Assembly: GCF_006345805.1 (NCBI RefSeq)
Contig: NW_021833934.1
Span: forward strand, 1 to 56,855
Origin: Octopus sinensis
Lineage: Eukaryota
Direction of reading: 5' to 3'
Length of the DNA stretch: 56,855 bases
In this document: one piece after another, positions 50,735-56,855 of the stretch
Layout of the letters: the number at the start of each line of letters is the position of its first letter
How positions within the stretch are numbered: the stretch's first letter is position 1
Position numbers and translations under genes: made by a program
The notes under the pieces: model-generated
Database searches by the model: none
What the model saw: only the letters and a program-made list of their open reading frames with translations
Told to the model about the DNA's origin: nothing

Positions 50735-50811
50735 TTTATTTAAAGCAGCAGAAATTCAACAAAACCTGTTACTCTGAGTTTCATGTTCCCGTTCATCGGA
50801 CAGTTTTTGCT
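50474..50811. mobile_element. PLE pseudo-LTR, inverted plus tandem, three hammerhead-like copies with CCGANGA core
   Basis: 50766-50803 (-) reads CTGT CCGATGA ACG-ggaa-CAT GAAA C-tcaga-GTA ACAG; others at 50509-50542 (-) and 50546-50583 (+). Confidence 0.7.
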
Positions 50812-50840
50812 ATATATATATATATACACACACACATACA

Positions 50841-51400
50841 TTTTTACATCAATATATAGAAACACATACATAGCCATATCTTTATATACATTTAGGTCTA
50901 CAATTAAACAAATAAATTAATTATAAGTAAAATAATTATATACCCAACACGTTTATTAAATAAATAAATAAATAAATAAGCGAGAACTTACCTATGTCTA
51001 CAAATATATATATATATACACACATACATACATTCATAAATTTTTACATCAATATATACAAACACATACATAGCCATATCTTTATATACATTTAGGTCTA
51101 CAATTAAACAAATAAATTAATTATAAGTAAAATAATTATATACCCAACACGTTTATTAAATAAATAAATAAATAAATAAGCGAGAACTTACCTATGTCTA
51201 CAAATATATATATATATACACACATACATACATTCATAAATTTTTACATCAATATATACAAACACATACATAGCCATATCTTTATATACATTTAGGTCTA
51301 CAATTAAATAAATTAATTATAAGTAAAATAATTATATACCCAACACGTTTATTAAATGAATAAATAAATAAATAAGCGAGAACGTACCTATGTCTATAAA
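50841..51400 (+). repeat. 200-bp tandem repeat, ~2.8 copies
   Basis: tttttacatcaatata at 50841, 51041 and 51241. Confidence 0.9.
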
Positions 51401-51794
51401 TATATTTGTATAGACATACTACATTATCCATACGTACGATATTATTTGATAAGCATATAAACCCATATATAACCACACATAACATCAATTTATACATACA
51501 TGCATATATTTATACATACATGCATATATATATTTATACATACATGCATATATATATTCACATGCATAAACATGTATGTACACATATTATAATATATTCT
51601 ACAAGACATTAGTATAAATATATACGTATATATATATCCTCAAAGAGCCTCCATATACACATACATACATACAAATATACATATGCAAACACACATTTAC
51701 TACTCTACACATACACATATATATATACATATACACATATATATACATATACACATATATATGCATATACACATATGCACATATACATATATAC

Positions 51795-52135
51795 ATCTTG
51801 GGCAAGTGTCTTCTGCTATAGCCTCGGGCCGACCAATGCCTTGTGAGTAGATTTGGTAGACGGAAACTGAAAGAAGCATGTCGTATATATGTATACATAT
51901 ATATGTGTGTGTGTGTGTGTGTGTTTGTGTGTCTGTGTTTGTCCCCCTAGCATTGCTTGACAACCGATGCTGGTGTGTTTATGTCCCCGTCACTTAGCGG
52001 TTCAGCAAAAAAAGGCCGATAGAATAAGTACTGGGCTTACAAAGAATAAGTCCCGGGGTCGATTTGCTCGACTAAAGGCGGTGCTCCAGCATGGCCGCAG
52101 TCAAATGACTGAAACAAGTAAAAGAGTAAAAGAGT
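51795..52135 (+). mobile_element. SINE family A, 5'-truncated
   Basis: cttgggcaagtgtc core through tail. Confidence 0.8.
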
Positions 52136-52143
52136 ATATGTAT

Positions 52144-52175
<32 letters not shown>

Positions 52176-52554
52176 GTATCTTTTACATGTTTCAGTGATT
52201 GTGCTGCAGCTGGGACATTGTCTTAAAGGGTTTAGTCAAACAAACCAACCCCAGTAATTATTTTTTTAAAGACTGGTACTTATCCTCTTGGTCTCTTTCA
52301 TTGGACCACTAAGTCACAGGGATGTAAACAAACTAACACTGGTTATCAGGTGGTAGTGGTGCATGTGTTGGGAAACAAACACACATAGACACGTAAATGA
52401 GAAGCTTATTTTAGTTTCCATCGATGAAATCCACTCACATGGCTTTGATTGGCCCTGGGTTATAGTAGAAGGCGCGCAGCCAAGGTGTCTTACAGTGGGA
52501 CTGAACTCAGAATCTTGCGGTTGAGAGCAAACTTTCTGCCACTCAGTCATGCCA

Positions 52555-52595
<41 letters not shown>

Positions 52596-52651
52596 TATGC
52601 ATGTATGTATATATGTGTATGTGTATACATGTATTAGCTTATATGCAAGTG

Positions 52652-53055
52652 TGTGCAGGAGTGGCTGAGTGGTAAGTAACTTGCTTACCAACCACATGGT
52701 TCCGGGTTCAATCCTATTTGTGTGGCACCTTGGGCAAGTGTCTTCTACTATAGCCTCAGGCCGACCAAAGCCTTGTGAGTGGATTTGGTAGACGGAAACT
52801 GAAAGAAGCCCGTCGTATATATGTATATATATTTATATATGTGTGTGTATATGTTTGTGTGTTTGTGTTTGTCCCCGCAACATCGCATGACAACCAATGC
52901 TGGTGTGTTTACGTCCTCATAACTTAGCGGTTTGGCAAATGAGATCGATAGAATAAGTACAAGGCTTACAAAGAATAGGTCCTGGGGGTCGATTTCATCG
53001 ATTAAAGGTGGTGCTCCAGCATGGCCACAGTCAAATGACTGAAACAAGTAAAACA
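52652..53055 (+). mobile_element. SINE family A, full length
   Basis: gcaggagtggctgagtgg head through gactgaaacaagtaaaa. Confidence 0.8.
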
Positions 53056-53099
53056 GTATGTATATATGAATGAATGCATATCAATGTGTAAAAATTTAT

Positions 53100-54355
53100 T
53101 TGTATGTATATACGAATGTATGTATGCATGCATGAATGCATAAATGTATGTGTGTATGTGTGTATGAATATGTTTATGTATGTGTGCATTCGTGCATACG
53201 TGTACTTGTAATATTTCCAAACCTTTATTTGAAAAATCTTGGGAAAACGTTTAAAATATGATTTATGATTTATGATTTACGATTTATGATTTATGATTTA
53301 TGATTTATGATTTATGATTTATGAATGCATAAATGTATGTGTGTATGTGTGTATGAATATGTTTATGTATGTGTGCATTTGTGCATACGTGTACTTTTTA
53401 TATTTCCAAACCTTTATTTGAAAAATCTTGGGAAAACGTTTAAAATATGATTTATGATTTATGATTTACGATTAATGATTTATGATTTATGATTTATGAT
53501 TTATGAATGCATAAATGTGTGTGTGTATGTGTGTATGAATGTTTATGTATGTGTGCATTTGTGCATACGTGTACTTTTTATATTTCCAAACCTTTATTTG
53601 AAAAATCTTGGGAAAACGTTTAAAATATGATTTATGATTTATGATTTACGATTAATGATTTATGATTTATGATTTATGATTTATGAATGCATAAATGTGT
53701 GTGTGTATGTGTGTATGAATGTTTATGTATGTGTGCATTTGTGCATACGTGTACTTTTTATATTTCCAAACCTTTATTTGAAAAATTCCTTGGGAAAACG
53801 TTTAAACTGATTTATGATTTATGATTTACGATTTACGATTAATGATTTATGATTTTTATGATTCATGAATGCATAAATGTGTGTGCGTATGTGTGTATGA
53901 ATGTTTATGTATGTGTGCATTTGTGCATACGTGTACTTTTTATATTTCCAAACCTTTATTTGAGAAATTCCTTGGGAAAACATTTAAACTATGATTTATG
54001 ATTTATGATTAATGATTTATGATTTATGATTAATGATTTATGATTTATGATTTATGATTAATGATTTATGATTAATGATTTATGATTTTGGTTCGGGTTC
54101 AGTCCCACTGCGTGGCACTTTGGGTAGGTGTCTTCCACTATAGCCCCGAGCCGACCGGAGCTTTGTGATTGAATTCGGTAGGTGGAAGTTACTGCCGTGT
54201 GTGTGGTGTATGTGTGCGTATAGCTGCTCAGTGCCTCTCCCAAAAGAGAGAGAGGGATTAATGATTTATGATTAATGATTTATGATTAATGATTTATGAT
54301 TTATGATTTATGATTTATGATTTACGATTTATGATTTACGATTTATGATTTATGA
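53100..54355 (+). repeat. ~180-190-bp compound minisatellite (about 5 units) containing (ATGATTT)n, interrupted by a degenerate SINE-A fragment at ~54090-54200
   Basis: Repeated atttccaaacctttatttgaaaaatcttgggaaaacg plus 7-mer runs. Confidence 0.88.
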
Positions 54356-54707
54356 AAACAAGACAAAGATGCCACCAGCTCGGGAGCATCTTTGTCATTG
54401 ACAACAAGAGGATAAAAAAACAAAAACAAAACACAACAAAATAAAACAGCACGTTGCTATAATATAACTATATATATAACTGTTATATATATATATATAA
54501 CTGTTACATATATATAACAAGCTATAATAGAACTGGAAAAAGAAATAAGGTGGCATGTACTCTAAGCAAATCTGAGATAATAAAAAGTATAGACAAGGGA
54601 AAAGCAGGTAAGTGAAAATTTAAGATGTGAAAGTCTCTTTGGAGAAATGATGAGAGGGCATAAGAAGAATTATTACTATCTAACAATAAAGCAAGAAACA
54701 GTTTATT

Positions 54708-54894
54708 AGGTGTAGGAGTAGCTGTGTGGTAAGTAGCTTGCTTACCAACCACATGGTTCCGGGTTCAGTCCCACTGCATGGCACCTTGGTCAAGTGTCTT
54801 CTACTATAGCCTTGGGCCGACCAAAGCTTTGTGAGTGGATTTGGTAAACAGAAACTGAAAGAAGCCGTCGTATATATGTATATATATATGTATA

Positions 54895-54937
<43 letters not shown>

Positions 54938-55268
54938 GGTGTAGGAGTGGCTGTGTGGTAGGTAGTGCTTGCTTACCAACCACATGGTTCCGGGTTCAGT
55001 CCCACTGCATGGCACCTTGGGCAAGTGTCTTCTACTATAGCCTTGGGCCAACCAAAGCCTTGTGATTGGATTTAATAGACGGAAACTGAAATAGATATAC
55101 AGGAGTGGTCTCATGGTGTAATAGTTAATAGTTAGCACTCTGGACTTTGATTCCAGTGATCTGAGTTCAAGTCTCGGTGAGAGCTCATAATTTTTATAGG
55201 TGCAGGAGTGGCTGTGTGGTAAGTAGCTTGCTTATCAACCACATGGTTCCGGGTTCAGTCCCACTGTA
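54708..55268 (+). mobile_element. Cluster of three SINE-A heads surrounding a tRNA pseudogene
   Basis: Heads at ~54710, ~54940 and ~55200. Confidence 0.8.
55107..55185 (+). tRNA. tRNA-Gln(TTG) pseudogene with a 7-bp duplication in the D loop
   Basis: ggtctca tggtgt aatagtt aatagtt agcact ctgga-ctTTGat-tccag tgat ctgag-ttcaagt-ctcgg tgagagc t; T-run at 55191-55195; one acceptor-stem mismatch. Confidence 0.8.
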
Positions 55269-55290
55269 CACACACACACACATACACACA

Positions 55291-56022
55291 GACAAAGGCA
55301 TTAAGTCGATTACATCGACCCCAGTGCGTAACTGGTACTTAATTTATTGACCTCGAAAGGATCAAAGGCAAAGTCGACCTCAGCGGAATTTGAACTCAGA
55401 ACGTAACGGCAGAAGAAATACCTATTTCTTTATTACCCACAAGGGGCTAAATATAGAGGGGACAAACAAGGATAGACATAGGTATTAAGTCGACTACATC
55501 GACCCCAGTGCGTAACTGGTACTTAATTTATTGACCCCGAAAGGATGAAAAGCAAAGTCGACCTCAGCGGAATTTGAACTCATAACATAATGGCAGAAGA
55601 AATACCTATTTCTTTATTACCCACAAGGGGCTAAATATAGAGGGGACAAACAAGGATAGACATAGGTATTAAGTCGACCACATCGACCCCAGTGCTTAAC
55701 TGGTACTTAATTTATTGACCCCGAAAGGATGAACTCAGAATGTAATGGCAGAAGAAATACCGCTAAGCATTTCACCCGGCGTGCTAATGTTTCTTATTTC
55801 TTTGTTACCCACAAGAGGCTAAACATAGACGGGACAAACAAACAGAGACAAGGGGATTAAGTCGATTACATCGACCCCATAGCGACATTGGTACTTTATT
55901 TATCGACCCTGAAAGGATGAAAGGCAAAATCGATCTCGGCAGAATTTGAACTCAGAACGTAACGGCAGACGAAATACCGCTAAGCACTTTGCCTAGTGTG
56001 CTAACGTTTCTGCCAGCTCACC
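55291..56022 (-). mobile_element. SINE family C multimer (head plus about 4 bodies)
   Basis: Repeated gaaatacctatttcttt junctions on the plus strand; head gagctggcagaaacgttagc at the right end. Confidence 0.85.
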
Positions 56023-56480
56023 ACCTCTGCGTCTTGGTATGCTAGGCTCACTTTTCCTGCATTGTCTTGGACAGAAATTGTCCCTTCCTCATCTAGTATG
56101 GAAAGGTAGCAGATGTCCCCAAGCACCACCGGCCTGATGAGATTTTCATCTACATCTTTCTCCTTTGCAACGGTATGCATCAACTTGCTGGGTTCTTTTG
56201 ACAAATTCCTGCATTCCGGTTATTGATCATGGGTTTTCCTCTCTGTTGGCACCTCTTAATCAAACCCCAAATCTTCCAGTTTTTTTTTCCCGACCTTTTC
56301 CCTCACCATCCTTCTGCTGATGTTGAGGAAGTCTGAAATCTCATTTGTTCTTCTAGCATGGATTCCAAGGAGGACTGCATGCCTTTTCCATAAATTGTAG
56401 AGGTTAAAATCAAAACTAAGAAAAAATATGAATAAAATTAGCAGTCAAAAATTGCAAACAAATACCATCCACACCCTATA
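56023..56480 (-). mobile_element. Tc1/mariner-superfamily (maT/DD37D-like) transposase N-terminal relic
   Basis: Reverse frame KRHAVLLGIHARRTNEISDFLNISRRMV...PSKLMHTVAKEKDVDENLIRPVVLGDICY (two HTH-like segments, with stops); terminus tatagggtgtgga. Confidence 0.5.
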
Positions 56481-56507
56481 TATATATATCTGAATATATA
56501 TAATATA

Positions 56508-56554
<47 letters not shown>

Positions 56555-56698
56555 GGTACATTTGCACTTTAAATATGGTTAAACCCTAAGGGTGGATACA
56601 GTAGCATCCACCCCCAGGGGTTAGCCATATTAAATGGCAATGTATGTCACGATGTGTTGCAGCTACTGTTTATAACTCGCTCTGAGATTTATTATTGT

Positions 56699-56775
<77 letters not shown>

Positions 56776-56795
56776 TAATATACATATATATATAC

Positions 56796-56840
<45 letters not shown>

Positions 56841-56855
56841 CATATATATATATAA
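56480..56855. repeat. (TA)n microsatellites flanking a short unique segment with a hairpin
   Basis: Direct observation. Confidence 0.85.

Noticed and set aside
55107-55185. Functional tRNA-Gln gene
   Set aside because: 7-nt D-loop duplication, loss of a conserved D-loop G and an acceptor-stem mismatch favour a pseudogene

Overview
Eukaryotic, AT-rich, gene-free and almost entirely repetitive DNA. The SINE families and microsatellite load resemble an octopus/coleoid cephalopod genome (inference, not database-checked). No host protein-coding exon could be supported; nearly all ORFs in the track are microsatellite, SINE or satellite read-throughs. Recognisable content: three tRNA-headed SINE families plus a (TGA)n-tailed retroposon, 3' fragments of RTE, BovB-like RTE, CR1, Tx1/L1 and R4/Dong LINEs, Penelope-like element (PLE) remnants, a Gypsy 3' end with a solo LTR, mariner/Tc1 relics, HINE-like elements, a tRNA-Gln pseudogene and several satellites. 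Highlights: (1) up to six different PLE pseudo-LTR families carry minimal type I hammerhead ribozyme folds, one canonical and the others with variant cores, including a covarying U3-A8 core in a 360-bp tandem, retrozyme-like unit; (2) a GG-ended TIR element with 8-bp TSDs (Merlin-like) has amplified its own terminus into a ~33 x 106-bp satellite and interrupts a Gypsy pol frame; (3) several retroelement classes occur as head-to-tail multimers with recurrent junctions; (4) a ~2.9-kb tandem duplication looks like an allelic or assembly artefact.
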